In this document: piece by piece, positions 46,181 through 56,647 of the stretch
How positions within the stretch are numbered: the first letter of the stretch is position 1
Layout of the letters: the number at the start of each line of letters is the position of its first letter
Translations under genes and position numbers: made by a program
The notes under the pieces: generated by a model
What the model was told of the DNA's origin: nothing
The model's database searches: none
What the model saw: the letters and a program-made list of their open reading frames with translations, nothing else
Origin: Nitrososphaeraceae archaeon
GTDB taxonomy: Archaea; Thermoproteota; Nitrososphaeria; Nitrososphaerales; Nitrososphaeraceae
Direction of reading: 5' to 3'
DNA length: 64,000 bases
NCBI GenBank assembly: GCA_044870765.1
Contig: JBIOZG010000015.1
Coordinates: 10,795-74,794 of the forward strand

Positions 46181-47554
46181 TCAATCCACTATTATCCGGT
46201 CAGTGAACTCATTTGCTATATTGGTTGTCATGGTCTTAATGATCTCTTTTTCTTCTTTAAAGTTAGCAAGACACCACATAGCTTTGACCAGTGCAGTTTC
46301 TGAAGTTGTATTAAATAAAGGAATTACCCCCAGATTCAAAAGATCCCTTCCGGTATCATAGACCGTAAGTGCAGTTCTACCCCAAATACATTGAGACGTC
46401 ATAAATACAAAGATCCCTCTCTTTACGGCATTTTTAATTTGAGAAAAACATTCTTTGCTTACATGACCCAAACCAGTTCCTTCAATAATTATGGCTTTAT
46501 GTCCGCTTTCAAGGCAATAATCAATCATCCTACAGTCAAAACCAGGATGAAATTTTAATAATGAGACCTTGTTTTCAAATTTAGGTTTAACAATCAGATT
46601 TTCAACATTTGTATGCCTTTCTTGAAATTTTAAATCCGCATATTGCCTTGAAATTTCAATTTGACCCTTATGGACCAATGAGAAGGGTAATACGTCAATC
46701 GAACGAAAAGCGTCTCGCCTACTTGTATGATTTTTTCTAACTCTGGTGCCTATATGACAGGCAATTATATCATCTGATACTGTATAATGCATAGCAACAA
46801 AAACACCCGAAAATTTAGATTTAGTTGCAAAAGTACAAGCACCAATTAAATTTAAAGATGCATCAGATGAAGGCCTGTCTGACGATCTTTGGGCTCCGAC
46901 CAACACTACTGGAACTGGTAAGTTTTGAAGTGCAAAGCTCAGTGCAGCAGACGTGTAGTGCATGGTGTCCGTTCCATGTGATACAATAACCCCGTCATAT
47001 TTTCCTGATGATATTTTGTCAGCCACCTTTGTTGCAATAACGGACCAATGTTCAGGTTTGATATTCTCGCTATATTCGCTCAAAACAACCTCTGGATCTA
47101 TATTTGCTATCCTCTGCAGTTCTGGAATTGAATCGTTTAATTCTTTTGCGGTGAGCGCCGCCATTACTCCGCCTGTCCTATAATCAATTTTACTAGAAAT
47201 AGTTCCGCCTGTACTTAACAACGATAGACGAGATGATAGTGTATTTGAAAAATCTTGAACGGGAGCTTGGCCAGGGATAAATCCACCAAATTTATAGTCA
47301 GTACGATGATTAATGGCTGTCTCCAGTTTTTCAGTTATTTTTTTAATATTCTTAATTTTCCCTACATTGATACCAATATTATACCCGTTTTTTAATTTCA
47401 GAACCAAATGATTCTTATCTGCATATTCATACCTTGGAATCAAAATACCAAGATGCGTTGCATCGTGGGTCTCTATGATTACCGAGTCACCAAATTTTAC
47501 ACCTGATGTCTTGAATAGTTCATCCAATTTACTATAATTATCATCAACGGTCAA
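46181..47554 (-). CDS. gatD: Glu-tRNA(Gln) amidotransferase subunit D
   Basis: LKLKNGYNIG, STGGTISSK.DYRTG, HGTDT, GAQRSSDRPSSD, GTGLGH. Confidence 0.96.
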   Translation of the reverse strand: MTVDDNYSKLDELFKTSGVKFGDSVIIETHDATHLGILIPRYEYADKNHLVLKLKNGYNIGINVGKIKNIKKITEKLETAINHRTDYKFGGFIPGQAPVQDFSNTLSSRLSLLSTGGTISSKIDYRTGGVMAALTAKELNDSIPELQRIANIDPEVVLSEYSENIKPEHWSVIATKVADKISSGKYDGVIVSHGTDTMHYTSAALSFALQNLPVPVVLVGAQRSSDRPSSDASLNLIGACTFATKSKFSGVFVAMHYTVSDDIIACHIGTRVRKNHTSRRDAFRSIDVLPFSLVHKGQIEISRQYADLKFQERHTNVENLIVKPKFENKVSLLKFHPGFDCRMIDYCLESGHKAIIIEGTGLGHVSKECFSQIKNAVKRGIFVFMTSQCIWGRTALTVYDTGRDLLNLGVIPLFNTTSETALVKAMWCLANFKEEKEIIKTMTTNIANEFTDRIIVD

Positions 47555-47817
47555 TATTCGTACTATTTTGTATTAAATTCATATTATTAATAAATTGTCT
47601 TGTTCTTGAATGCACAAGAATTTACACGGTAACTGCCCTGTTTAATAAATGACATGTTGGTAACATTACGATGTTAGATGGGCTTGATGTTTGCTTATAC
47701 TCTTGTGATAAAAACTATCACTGTGATGTATTTATTTCAGGTAACATATTTCATTTGAATGGGTTGAACTCAACTCAGAATTGTATAAGATGAACGTCGC
47801 TAAATATATCTATGATA

Positions 47818-48048
47818 CTAATCCATTACTATCATAGTTAATGTGGACTTTACACCATTCAATTTTCGAAGTTTCCATGTAATAGTCTCTTTCACTTTTT
47901 CCATTGTTTCTGACTCAACTTGAGCTACTATATCGTAAACTCCATAAACCTGATAAATTTCTTTGACACCATCAATACTCTTCAACTCGCTTACTATCGA
48001 ATCTTCGCTACCTAATTCAGCATTCATTAGAACAAATGCCTTTGGCAT
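47818..48048 (-). CDS. stand-alone Lrp/AsnC ligand-binding (RAM) domain protein
   Basis: AFVLMN..G, VYGVYDIVAQV, LRKLNGVKSTLTMIV; no HTH. Confidence 0.88.
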   Translation of the reverse strand: MPKAFVLMNAELGSEDSIVSELKSIDGVKEIYQVYGVYDIVAQVESETMEKVKETITWKLRKLNGVKSTLTMIVMD

Positions 48049-48176
48049 AACAAGATGGATGTAAATGCGATATAAAAAGATGATGTAGTTGAATCGCTAT
48101 ACTGATAACTTCCAAAATAAAGATATACAAAAATTTGAGCCTTATTCTGAAAAAGTGACTTGGCGCGCCCAAAAGG

Positions 48177-49484
48177 TCAAGGTTCAAGCCTAGCCATTGT
48201 TCTTGGGAAGAGTACACAATCTTTAATATCCTCTAGATTGGCCAGCCATCTGACTAATCGTTCAATACCAATACCAAAACCTCCATGAGGCACGGATCCA
48301 TATTTTCTAAGGTCTAGGTACCATGAATACGAATTCATGTCGAGTCCCTCCTTCATAATCCTGGATTTCAATAGGTCAATATTGTCCTCTCTCATACCAC
48401 CACTACTCACTTCGCCAAATCCGTCAGGCAATAATAAATCGGTGGTTAGAGCAATTCCTTGTTCTTCTGGGTCCTCCTTCACATAAAACGGTTTGACATT
48501 GAGTGGATATCCATACACAAATACAGGATTGATTCGATCCTTAGTCAGTATTTTTTCGGAATCTATATTCAAATCATCTCCCCATTCTATTTTTCTAGAC
48601 AGCTCTCCATCTTGAATCTGGATGTCTTTTGAACGGAGATCGTCAATTGCCTGATTATAACTCAATTTATCAAATGGTTCTGTGATTTTATTTAAAGCTT
48701 GTATATCTCGATTCAAAAATTCCAACTCTTCTCTTTTTTTTCTTGCTAAATTTCGAACCAAATATACAAGTAATTTTTCCTGTATGCTGAATAGATCAGT
48801 TATAGATATCCAAGGAGCTTCTGCCTCTAAATGCAAATATTCTGCAAGATGTCTAAGTGTTCTTGATTTTTCAGCCCTGAATGAGGGACCTATCGTCCAG
48901 ACCGGACCCAATGAGAAAATTAAGGCTTCTAGATATAGTTGCGCACTTTGAGACAAAAATGCTTCATCTTTAAAGTACTTGACGGGAAATAGAGTTGAAC
49001 CACCTTCCACTGCACTTTTGACTAAAATAGGTGCTGTGACTTCCATCCAGTCATTTTCTACAAACCAATTACGTACTACTTCAATAATCGTTGCTCTTAC
49101 TTTTGCTATCGTAATCATCTTTCTTGTACGCAGAGTCAAGTGTCTATAATCCAATAACAGTTCTGTGCTTTGGTATTCTCTAATTGGAAAGTCATTATTG
49201 GCTATACTATAAATCTTGACGTCATTTCCTCTTATCTCGAAGCCACCTTCTTTTGCTCTTTCGTCTTTGAATAGGATCCCTTGAACTTCTAAGGATGACT
49301 CTATCGTGAGATCTGGTACCCTTGCACTTGGAAGGACACATTGAATTATTCCTCCTCGTTCGTCTCTGATTATTATGAATGATTTGTCTTTTTGTTTACG
49401 TAATCTGTATACCCACCCCCTAACTCTGATTTCTTTACCAAGGAATTCATCCTTCTTGATTTCACTAATCCTGTGATGCTTCAA
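48177..49484 (-). CDS. asnS: asparaginyl-tRNA synthetase
   Basis: OB domain VRGWVYR; LSQSAQLYLE, PSFRAEKSRT.RHLAEY.HLE, WYLDLRKYGSVPHGGFGIGIER (AsnRS-type rather than AspRS-type). Confidence 0.85.
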   Translation of the reverse strand: MKHHRISEIKKDEFLGKEIRVRGWVYRLRKQKDKSFIIIRDERGGIIQCVLPSARVPDLTIESSLEVQGILFKDERAKEGGFEIRGNDVKIYSIANNDFPIREYQSTELLLDYRHLTLRTRKMITIAKVRATIIEVVRNWFVENDWMEVTAPILVKSAVEGGSTLFPVKYFKDEAFLSQSAQLYLEALIFSLGPVWTIGPSFRAEKSRTLRHLAEYLHLEAEAPWISITDLFSIQEKLLVYLVRNLARKKREELEFLNRDIQALNKITEPFDKLSYNQAIDDLRSKDIQIQDGELSRKIEWGDDLNIDSEKILTKDRINPVFVYGYPLNVKPFYVKEDPEEQGIALTTDLLLPDGFGEVSSGGMREDNIDLLKSRIMKEGLDMNSYSWYLDLRKYGSVPHGGFGIGIERLVRWLANLEDIKDCVLFPRTMARLEP

Positions 49485-49606
49485 TTGTGTATTTACGACG
49501 CGAACGATCTTTATAATGATATTGTACCGTCTTTTTAGGGGTCAATAAAATATTTAATTAGCATTAAAAATGAATTTATAGAATAAAAATAGTCTACTAC
49601 TCACTA

Positions 49607-49945
49607 ATGGAATATAAAGTATGCAAGAGCGAAGAACTGCCAAATAATTCCATGAAGGCAATACTGATTCAAGGTAATATGATTCTTGTGTGTAGATCCA
49701 ACGATCGCTTATTTGCACTTGATAATTCATGTCCTCATAGAGGAGCTTCTCTTTCAAAAAGTGACATGAAAGGAACAAAGATAATATGCTATATGCATGA
49801 TTTTGAATATGATCTTGTTAGTGGAAAATTATTACACATTCCAAGCAAGTGGCAGGATCAAAACCCTAATTGGATTAAATCTGGAGAGTTGTTACTCTTT
49901 CCAGTATCTGAAAAGGATGGGGAAATCTGTATTGAATTGTCTTGA
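49607..49945 (+). CDS. Rieske-type [2Fe-2S] ferredoxin
   Basis: CPH...CYMH ligand motifs. Confidence 0.9.
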   Translation: MEYKVCKSEELPNNSMKAILIQGNMILVCRSNDRLFALDNSCPHRGASLSKSDMKGTKIICYMHDFEYDLVSGKLLHIPSKWQDQNPNWIKSGELLLFPVSEKDGEICIELS

Positions 49946-50044
49946 TATTTACTGATAAAATATACGCTTTGTACAGGAGAATTTACATACAATTCAATTA
50001 CTTTATAAATATTGATGATATCATTCGCGGTAATTGTAAAGAGT

Positions 50045-50797
50045 CTAATCCTGTACTCTTGGAGCTAAATAGAAATGAATTCTTCCTACATTTGCAACCC
50101 TAAATTCTAACCTCAATGGCATTTTTGTAGAATAGTCCAGTACCAGGGATCCTCCAGAGGCGCTTATGGCTTTGGTAATTTTTGACAAGTAGTCCAGACT
50201 GTATGTGGCCTTACTCTTCTCCTTAACCTGCAGTTCTTCAAGGCCTTCGCTGCCAGATTCAATAACAATGTCAGCTTCTCCATAGTCGCTTTTGCCAGAA
50301 AAGGTAATTTTCTTTTCATCAGACTCTATTGAAATATATTCTGATACCACTTCGATATCTGAGAGTATTTTATCAAATGATGCAGGGGTTAGTACTAGCT
50401 TGGAATTAAAATTTAATTTTGGTAGGGGGGTGGAACCTCCAGTACTTTCAATCAATCGCATTTTATATTCTCTTCTATACCCATTTAAAATTTTGATGCG
50501 AAGCATACTGTTCTCTTCTACAGAAACTTCAACCGCATCCTTTTTCTCAGCTCTTTTCATCAATTTTGAAAATTCATCTATTCTAACTCCGAATTTCAGT
50601 GCTGAGTCACACTCGTAACCATCGAAAGCCGAATTTGGCCAGCTAATATCAATTAACGCAACGTGAGAAGGATCCATTCCTCTAAATGACAAACCTTCGA
50701 CAGTTGCTTCAAAGGTGGCCTCATCAACTAACGTAGAAATTGCTGATGTTACAGCTTTCCATTCATCAGGTGTTTTTGTCTTTGCTAAAAATACCAA
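50045..50797 (-). CDS. pcn: DNA polymerase sliding clamp PCNA
   Basis: MDPSHVALI, YSLDYL, MPL, FYLAPRV. Confidence 0.96.
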   Translation of the reverse strand: MVFLAKTKTPDEWKAVTSAISTLVDEATFEATVEGLSFRGMDPSHVALIDISWPNSAFDGYECDSALKFGVRIDEFSKLMKRAEKKDAVEVSVEENSMLRIKILNGYRREYKMRLIESTGGSTPLPKLNFNSKLVLTPASFDKILSDIEVVSEYISIESDEKKITFSGKSDYGEADIVIESGSEGLEELQVKEKSKATYSLDYLSKITKAISASGGSLVLDYSTKMPLRLEFRVANVGRIHFYLAPRVQD

Positions 50798-50973
50798 ACT
50801 ATATCAATCAAGAGGCAGATTTAAAACATTTTAAACATTCCTATTTTTTTGAAAAGCATTAGAATCAAGGTTCAATAAATATACGGAAATCAACAGAACA
50901 AAATCACGCGTTTAATAACAAATATATAATAATTTTGTTAGTTGACGTCTAAAAAAATATTCAGAATATACTC

Positions 50974-51291
50974 TTACGCGTAATTTCGCCAGGTATGGCT
51001 ACATTGCGTACATCTATAAAATTGAGTAGTAGCTTCATCTGCCGATCTTGTTTGTAACATCCACCAGAACGCTATGTTGTTTCCACATTTGGGACAATCA
51101 ATACTAGTAGTTGGGAGGGCACTAGGACCTTTTTCAGACTCAACTATCTTAAGACTGGCTCCACTTTGTTCTATTAAGGGAATTGTTTTGATTTCGTTTT
51201 TCGCTTCCGTGAAGCCACACTTTGGACAAATTAATATATTCTCCTCTATTCGTGGTTTCATCCTACTTTCGCAATTTGGACAAAACTTCAA
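50974..51291 (-). CDS. tfs: transcript cleavage factor TFS (RpoM-like)
   Basis: MKFCPNC..CPKC; CPKC...QTRSADE...FYRCTQC. Confidence 0.94.
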   Translation of the reverse strand: MKFCPNCESRMKPRIEENILICPKCGFTEAKNEIKTIPLIEQSGASLKIVESEKGPSALPTTSIDCPKCGNNIAFWWMLQTRSADEATTQFYRCTQCSHTWRNYA

Positions 51292-51584
51292 GTAGGACCC
51301 GCACTCTTTTCATTGGTTACTGCTGAATTAATCATGTCTTTAATTTTGAGCGCATTATCAGAAGAAGACTGTAATGCTTTGTGCAAAACATCCAGAGGTT
51401 TGGATTTTTTAGTCACAATTCTGAAACTAAAATCCTCTTTTAGCTGATGTTTCAATACAACACCGGCAAATTCTACTTCTTTTTCGTTCAAAAGTTCATG
51501 CTGTACTATGTAAAGAATTGAGATATCTTCGCTTACATTCAAATTAATTTCATTGGATTTATAATTTTCTAACTCCGCCTGCAT
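51288..51584 (-). CDS. rpoL: RNA polymerase subunit Rpo11 (RpoL)
   Basis: EDISILYIVQHELL...VEFAGV..KH; sits in the usual rpoL-tfs-pcna order. Confidence 0.85.
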   Translation of the reverse strand: MQAELENYKSNEINLNVSEDISILYIVQHELLNEKEVEFAGVVLKHQLKEDFSFRIVTKKSKPLDVLHKALQSSSDNALKIKDMINSAVTNEKSAGPT

Positions 51585-51636
51585 TATACAGACAACTACT
51601 TATTGAAGATATAAATTATACCATCTGCGAGGCTTA

Positions 51637-52146
51637 TTGCAGACAAGCTCTATTTCAGATATTAATGTTGGTTCGTCTCATGATAGCATAAGATCTAATG
51701 ATGTCTTGACCTTAAGTTTAAGTTTCAATATAGATGGCTTGATTAGGGAAAATTTTTCTCAAAAAAATTGGGAAAGAGCATATGACAAACACGATAATGG
51801 GTTTAGACTTACAATATCTCTAGTTCTTAAGGTAGGCAGAAATACTATTGATGAGGTAAAATTTGTGAGAAAAGCAGTTCTATTCTGGACGAGAAATCCC
51901 AAACTGTCACACAGAGTGTGGGTCTCTATTATTAAGGATGAAACGCCTCATTATCCGTTGACAATTGAAGAGGCAAAGTCGCTATTATTTGATGTGACTA
52001 AAACTATGGAGCTTGATAGTAATAAGTTGAAAGAGGGAGAGAATGAGATCCATGTCTCTATCAAAGTTTCCTGGGGGAAGCATCTGTATACAGACCCCTT
52101 TGAGATTCACGGAGAAACTAAGGTTGTAAAAGTTAACAAAACATAA
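51637..52146 (+). CDS. hypothetical protein, beta-rich
   Basis: clean 169-aa ORF divergent from rpoL. Confidence 0.7.
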   Translation: MQTSSISDINVGSSHDSIRSNDVLTLSLSFNIDGLIRENFSQKNWERAYDKHDNGFRLTISLVLKVGRNTIDEVKFVRKAVLFWTRNPKLSHRVWVSIIKDETPHYPLTIEEAKSLLFDVTKTMELDSNKLKEGENEIHVSIKVSWGKHLYTDPFEIHGETKVVKVNKT

Positions 52147-52208
52147 AACTCGTCCTTGTGCCATTTTTCGTCTTAATATAAATATAGTCAATTGTGATGA
52201 ATCACTTA

Positions 52209-52355
52209 ATGGCAAAGTTTGATGGTATCAAAGGACAAGAATTACTCGATGTAGAAGAACAAAAGGATGAGATTACATTAATCTTTAAAGACAATAGGTT
52301 TTTGTTCATCAAAATAGAAAATGGCAAATTGGTCTCTGATTCAGTACCAGAATAA
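52209..52355 (+). CDS. 48-aa small protein MAKFDGIKGQELLDVEEQKDEITLIFKDNRFLFIKIENGKLVSDSVPE (absent from ORF track)
   Basis: ATG 52209, TAA 52353-52355; TATA-like taatataaata about 25-35 nt upstream; protein-like composition. Confidence 0.7.
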   Translation: MAKFDGIKGQELLDVEEQKDEITLIFKDNRFLFIKIENGKLVSDSVPE

Positions 52356-52414
52356 ATTGATAACAAAGCAGCTCCATATTATCAAGAATAATTTAGAAAA
52401 CGCAATACCGATAG

Positions 52415-53086
52415 ATGAACTATTTGGGTACCATTGATAGTGTAAATAAAGATATCATAAACTGCACTCTTTGCAACAGGTTAGTAAAATACACACAATT
52501 AGTTGGTAAGAATAAAGTAAAACGATTTTCAAATCAAGTATACTGGTCTAAACCTGTTACTGGATTTGGAGACCCGAATGCAAAAGTACTGATTATTGGT
52601 CTAGCGCCAGCTGCTCACGGCGCCAACAGGACTGGCAGGTTGTTTACTGGAGATCATTCAGGACAGTGGCTAATTAGAGCGCTCTATGAAATGGGATTTT
52701 CAAATATGCCTACTAGTACATCTTCTGATGATGGGTTGAATCTCCATGATGTTTTCATTACTTCTTGTATAAGATGTGCACCTCCATTAAACAAGCCACT
52801 CCCTTCAGAACTAATTAATTGCTCAAAGTTTCTAAAGAGTGAGATTGAATTATTTAAAAGGATAAAAATTGTAATAACTTTGGGATCCATAGCATTTCGG
52901 ACATATTGCAAGATAAATGATTTAGAGAAATTGAAATTCTATCATTTGGCTAATTACCAAGTAAATGACAAACGTCTAATAGTATCATATCATCCCAGTC
53001 GACAGAACACCAATACGCATAGATTAACATGGGAAATGTGGATACGAGTTTTCAAACTAGTGAAGTCAATACTGGATAATAACTAA
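52415..53086 (+). CDS. family 5 uracil-DNA glycosylase (UdgB type, Fe-S)
   Basis: CTLC, GLAPAAHGANRTGR.FTGD, RCAPP.NKP..E..NC, HPSRQN. Confidence 0.92.
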   Translation: MNYLGTIDSVNKDIINCTLCNRLVKYTQLVGKNKVKRFSNQVYWSKPVTGFGDPNAKVLIIGLAPAAHGANRTGRLFTGDHSGQWLIRALYEMGFSNMPTSTSSDDGLNLHDVFITSCIRCAPPLNKPLPSELINCSKFLKSEIELFKRIKIVITLGSIAFRTYCKINDLEKLKFYHLANYQVNDKRLIVSYHPSRQNTNTHRLTWEMWIRVFKLVKSILDNN

Positions 53087-53247
53087 ATTCTAATAGAAAT
53101 TATAAAATTGAATCGAATATCATAGTCATTTCGTTTTCAATGCAGATTTTATTAATTATATTATAAATAAGATAAATATTTCATTTATGAGTGCGGGAAT
53201 TAGAATTTCTGCAAACCATTAAAAGACAGTATTTCTCTTAAAAAGTT

Positions 53248-54669
53248 ATGATTGGTAAAGGATATTTGTCAATAGCTTTAGTGATTTCAGCGTTGTTTTT
53301 GGCGTCTGGGCTTTTAATTATTCAATCTATACAGTCTGGGTCAGCCCAAGGAATTACAGGTACATTTACTGCAGATCTTCAGCCTAGGTCAGGTTCAAAT
53401 GCATCAGGAACTGCTACTTTAGAAATTCAAGACAATGGGAAGACCATACACTATAACATTGACGCCACTGGATTAAGCAACGTTACTGACATATCTATTT
53501 CTCAAGAGACAGGAACCGGCAGAGCTCCTGATGTTGTGATACTTAGAACAGCTTCTCAAAGTGGTCTCGGGCAAGGTTCAGGGAGCTTGAGTGGTAATTT
53601 TACGGAATCTGAGTTGAGAGGGCCGCTAGAAGGTAAGAACCTCGCAGATTTCGTGAAAGCGATAAATGATGAAAAAATTATAATCAGAGTACAGACTGTG
53701 CCTTTTCCATTGGGTGAAATTATCGGTAATGTTACTGCTGGCGACAACGGCGGCAGTGCCACTACCGGCGATGTGATTTCAAATTTGAGCGTAAATTCTC
53801 AACCTGTCCCATCAATTCCTACAATTCCATCAGATACAGCTAATGTAACAGGTGAAGCAATGAACACTACAGCTAATGTAACAGGTGAAGCAATGAACAT
53901 ACTCTCAAATGCTACGGAAAATGCAACGGAAACAACAATGAATCAGGCAGAAAACATTGTTAATACTGCTGGGAACGCCACAGCTAATGCAACAGGCGAG
54001 GCAATGAGTGGACTAACAAATGCTACTGCTGCGACAGGAGCTGCGATGGAGGCCTCGGCTAATGCAACAGGCGAGGCAATGAGTGGACTCACAAATGCTA
54101 CTGAGAATGCAACGGGAACAGCAGTGGAAAGCGCAAAGGATATTCTCAGCTCAGCTGCAAACACAACAGCTAATGCTACTGGAGAAGCAATGAGCGCTTT
54201 AACTAATGCAACGGAAAATGCAACGGGAACAGCAATGGAAAGCGCAAAGGATATTCTCAGCTCAGCTGCAAACACTACGGCCAATGCTACAGGAGAATTA
54301 ATGACTAAAGCCAACAACGTACTCAGTTTAGCTTCGGACGCTGCATCAAATGCAACACAAACAGCAATGAACAAAACAATGAATATTCTGTCTAATGTAA
54401 GCAAAAATGTAACCGACGCAGGATTAAACACTTCAAGCAATCTGACAGAGCCAATAAATGAGGAGGCTAATGAATTGATTAGTGCAGCTTCAAACGCATC
54501 TGCTAATGTAACTAACGCAACAGAAACAACAATGAATCAAGCAGAAAACGCTGTTAATACTACTGAGAACGCCACAGCTAATGCAACACAAACAGCTGGC
54601 AATCAGACCGGTAATCCAGTTCTGGATGCCTTAAGGAACATATTTGGCGGTATTATGGGAAATAAGTAA
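53248..54669 (+). CDS. secreted CHRD-like domain protein with long Asn/Ala/Thr repeat stalk
   Basis: signal/TM; CHRD-like SNASGTA...GPLEG..L...VQT..FP.GEI.G; about 35 NxT/S sequons. Confidence 0.85.
   Translation: MIGKGYLSIALVISALFLASGLLIIQSIQSGSAQGITGTFTADLQPRSGSNASGTATLEIQDNGKTIHYNIDATGLSNVTDISISQETGTGRAPDVVILRTASQSGLGQGSGSLSGNFTESELRGPLEGKNLADFVKAINDEKIIIRVQTVPFPLGEIIGNVTAGDNGGSATTGDVISNLSVNSQPVPSIPTIPSDTANVTGEAMNTTANVTGEAMNILSNATENATETTMNQAENIVNTAGNATANATGEAMSGLTNATAATGAAMEASANATGEAMSGLTNATENATGTAVESAKDILSSAANTTANATGEAMSALTNATENATGTAMESAKDILSSAANTTANATGELMTKANNVLSLASDAASNATQTAMNKTMNILSNVSKNVTDAGLNTSSNLTEPINEEANELISAASNASANVTNATETTMNQAENAVNTTENATANATQTAGNQTGNPVLDALRNIFGGIMGNK
53836..54290 (+). 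repeat. intragenic direct repeats with 33-bp and 111-bp periods
   Basis: acagctaatgtaacaggtgaagcaatgaaca at 53836 and 53869; tggaaagcgcaaaggatattctcagctcagctgcaaacac at 54125 and 54236. Confidence 0.85.
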
Positions 54670-54753
54670 ATTCTTGTCGAATCGCTCTGCCGCGAGCCAT
54701 ATTTTTATTTTGCCACGTCAGACTTTTAGGTTTCATTGACATAATTTACGTTT

Positions 54754-55008
54754 CTACAAGTTGTCAATTATAGACTTTAAATTTTCTGGAATTTCAGCTA
54801 CCGTACCGGTATGACTTTCATTATTTTGAAGCCCGTCTTGTCCAATTCTGCGAATCTTTTGTGTAGCTATTAGTGTATCAATTGCAGATTCTATTTCTTT
54901 CGGAGATAAATATTCCTGTAGTTTTGTTTTAATCATCTCTTCTGAATCGTATTTAAAAATACAATGTTGTATCAACAATAGTTTTTCTTCAAATGAAAAA
55001 TTAGTCAT
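54754..55008 (-). CDS. small hypothetical protein, possibly winged-helix-like
   Basis: 84-aa ORF; EIESAIDTLIATQKIRRIG resembles a recognition helix plus wing. Confidence 0.65.
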   Translation of the reverse strand: MTNFSFEEKLLLIQHCIFKYDSEEMIKTKLQEYLSPKEIESAIDTLIATQKIRRIGQDGLQNNESHTGTVAEIPENLKSIIDNL

Positions 55009-55119
55009 GCAGTAGTACTAAAGGCAACCAAATAAAAATCACTCTTAATTATTCATGATGCTCTAAAAACGGTAACAATAAACGTATTAATCTGTAATAA
55101 TATCATAAGTTTGTCATAA

Positions 55120-56526
55120 ATGCGTCTGATAATGAAGTTTGGCGGCACGGCAGTAGATTCTGGAAAAAAAATTGTTCATATTACTAAATTGATCAAATCA
55201 TATCACGATAAAGGTAACGAAATAGTTGGGGTTTTTTCTGCCGTAGCGGGTATGACCGATGAGATCTTGAAAGTTTCAGGATATGTATTAAAAAACGATA
55301 AAAAAAAGATTATGGATTTTATCAATAATACCCGGTCTTTACACATAGATATCATAAAGGATTCGATTAGAAACAAAACCTATAGGACCAAGGCAATAGA
55401 AGTAGTAGAAGTTCTCCTAAATGAAATGGAGAATATTTTGAATGGTGTTGTACTTTTGAAAGAAGTAACTGAGAAAGCAATGGACCATTTACTGTCTTTT
55501 GGGGAACGCCTCTTAACACCTATAATTTCATATTCTCTTCTAGACAAGGGTCTTGAATCAGTGTACTTGACAGGGCAGGAAGTTGGAATATTAACGGATT
55601 CAAAATTTGGCCAGGCCAGGCCCCTGATAGACACTACTAAAATTCGTGTAAAGTATCATGTAGATCCATTATTAAAAGAAAATAAGATTCCAGTTATTAC
55701 TGGTTTTATTGGAGCAGATCAAAATGGAAATATAACTACACTGGGAAGAAGCGGTTCAGACTACACTGCTACAATTATTGCCGTATGTATTGATGCCGAC
55801 GAAGTTTGGTTATGGACAGACGTAAATGGTCTTATGACTGCCGACCCTGATCTTGTTAAAGAAGCTAAAGTTCTAAGAGAAGTATCATTTGCGGAGGCGA
55901 TAGAATTATCGTTATTTGGTGCCAAATATATGCATCCAAGGGCACTCGAGCCGGTAATGGATACAAACATTCCAATTCGAATAAGAAACGCATTTAACTT
56001 ATCCCACGAAGGGACAATAATATCAAAAAATCCTAGCAAGCCTTCACAAAAGATAGTAAAATCAATAATTGCCATTCGCAATACCGCGCTAATTGATGTA
56101 AGTGGCGGAGGGATGGTTGGTGCACCTGGTACTGCAGCAAGAATTTTTGATGCCTTAGCAAGAAAAAGCGTGAACATTATGATGATTTCACAAAGTCCTT
56201 CAGAATCAAGCATCTCTATGGTTGTAAAAAAAGACGATCTGGATACCGCTATTACTACACTGGACTTGACGCTACTTGACAAGGTTATAAAGAATGTAAG
56301 AGTTAACGAAGATGTTGCTGTAATCGCAGTAGTTGGTTCCGGCATGAGGGGAATCAAGGGAATTGCAGCTAAAGTTTTTTCGGCCGTTTCAAAAGATAAC
56401 ATAAACGTAATTATGATTGCTCAAGGATCTTCTGAGCTGAACTTAGCATTCGTTGTGAATAACAACGATTGTGAAAAGGCGGTAAGGTCATTACATGAAG
56501 CATTCACGCTCACAAAAACTAACTGA
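55120..56526 (+). CDS. lysC: aspartate kinase with two ACT domains
   Basis: MKFGGT, SFGERL, TTLGRSGSDYTA, WTDVNG. Confidence 0.95.
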   Translation: MRLIMKFGGTAVDSGKKIVHITKLIKSYHDKGNEIVGVFSAVAGMTDEILKVSGYVLKNDKKKIMDFINNTRSLHIDIIKDSIRNKTYRTKAIEVVEVLLNEMENILNGVVLLKEVTEKAMDHLLSFGERLLTPIISYSLLDKGLESVYLTGQEVGILTDSKFGQARPLIDTTKIRVKYHVDPLLKENKIPVITGFIGADQNGNITTLGRSGSDYTATIIAVCIDADEVWLWTDVNGLMTADPDLVKEAKVLREVSFAEAIELSLFGAKYMHPRALEPVMDTNIPIRIRNAFNLSHEGTIISKNPSKPSQKIVKSIIAIRNTALIDVSGGGMVGAPGTAARIFDALARKSVNIMMISQSPSESSISMVVKKDDLDTAITTLDLTLLDKVIKNVRVNEDVAVIAVVGSGMRGIKGIAAKVFSAVSKDNINVIMIAQGSSELNLAFVVNNNDCEKAVRSLHEAFTLTKTN

Positions 56527-56647
56527 GCGAATTAGGGCGCCCACATTCTCCACCTAGGTACAAGTAGCAAAGTCAAAGGCTATTGGCATATGTAAATATG
56601 TATAGACAATCTAGGTTAAAATATAGTTAAGCGCGAATAAATACAAT

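Noticed and set aside
53836-54600. Direct repeats as a CRISPR array
   Set aside because: Repeats are in-frame, degenerate and coding, with no unique spacers and no cas genes.
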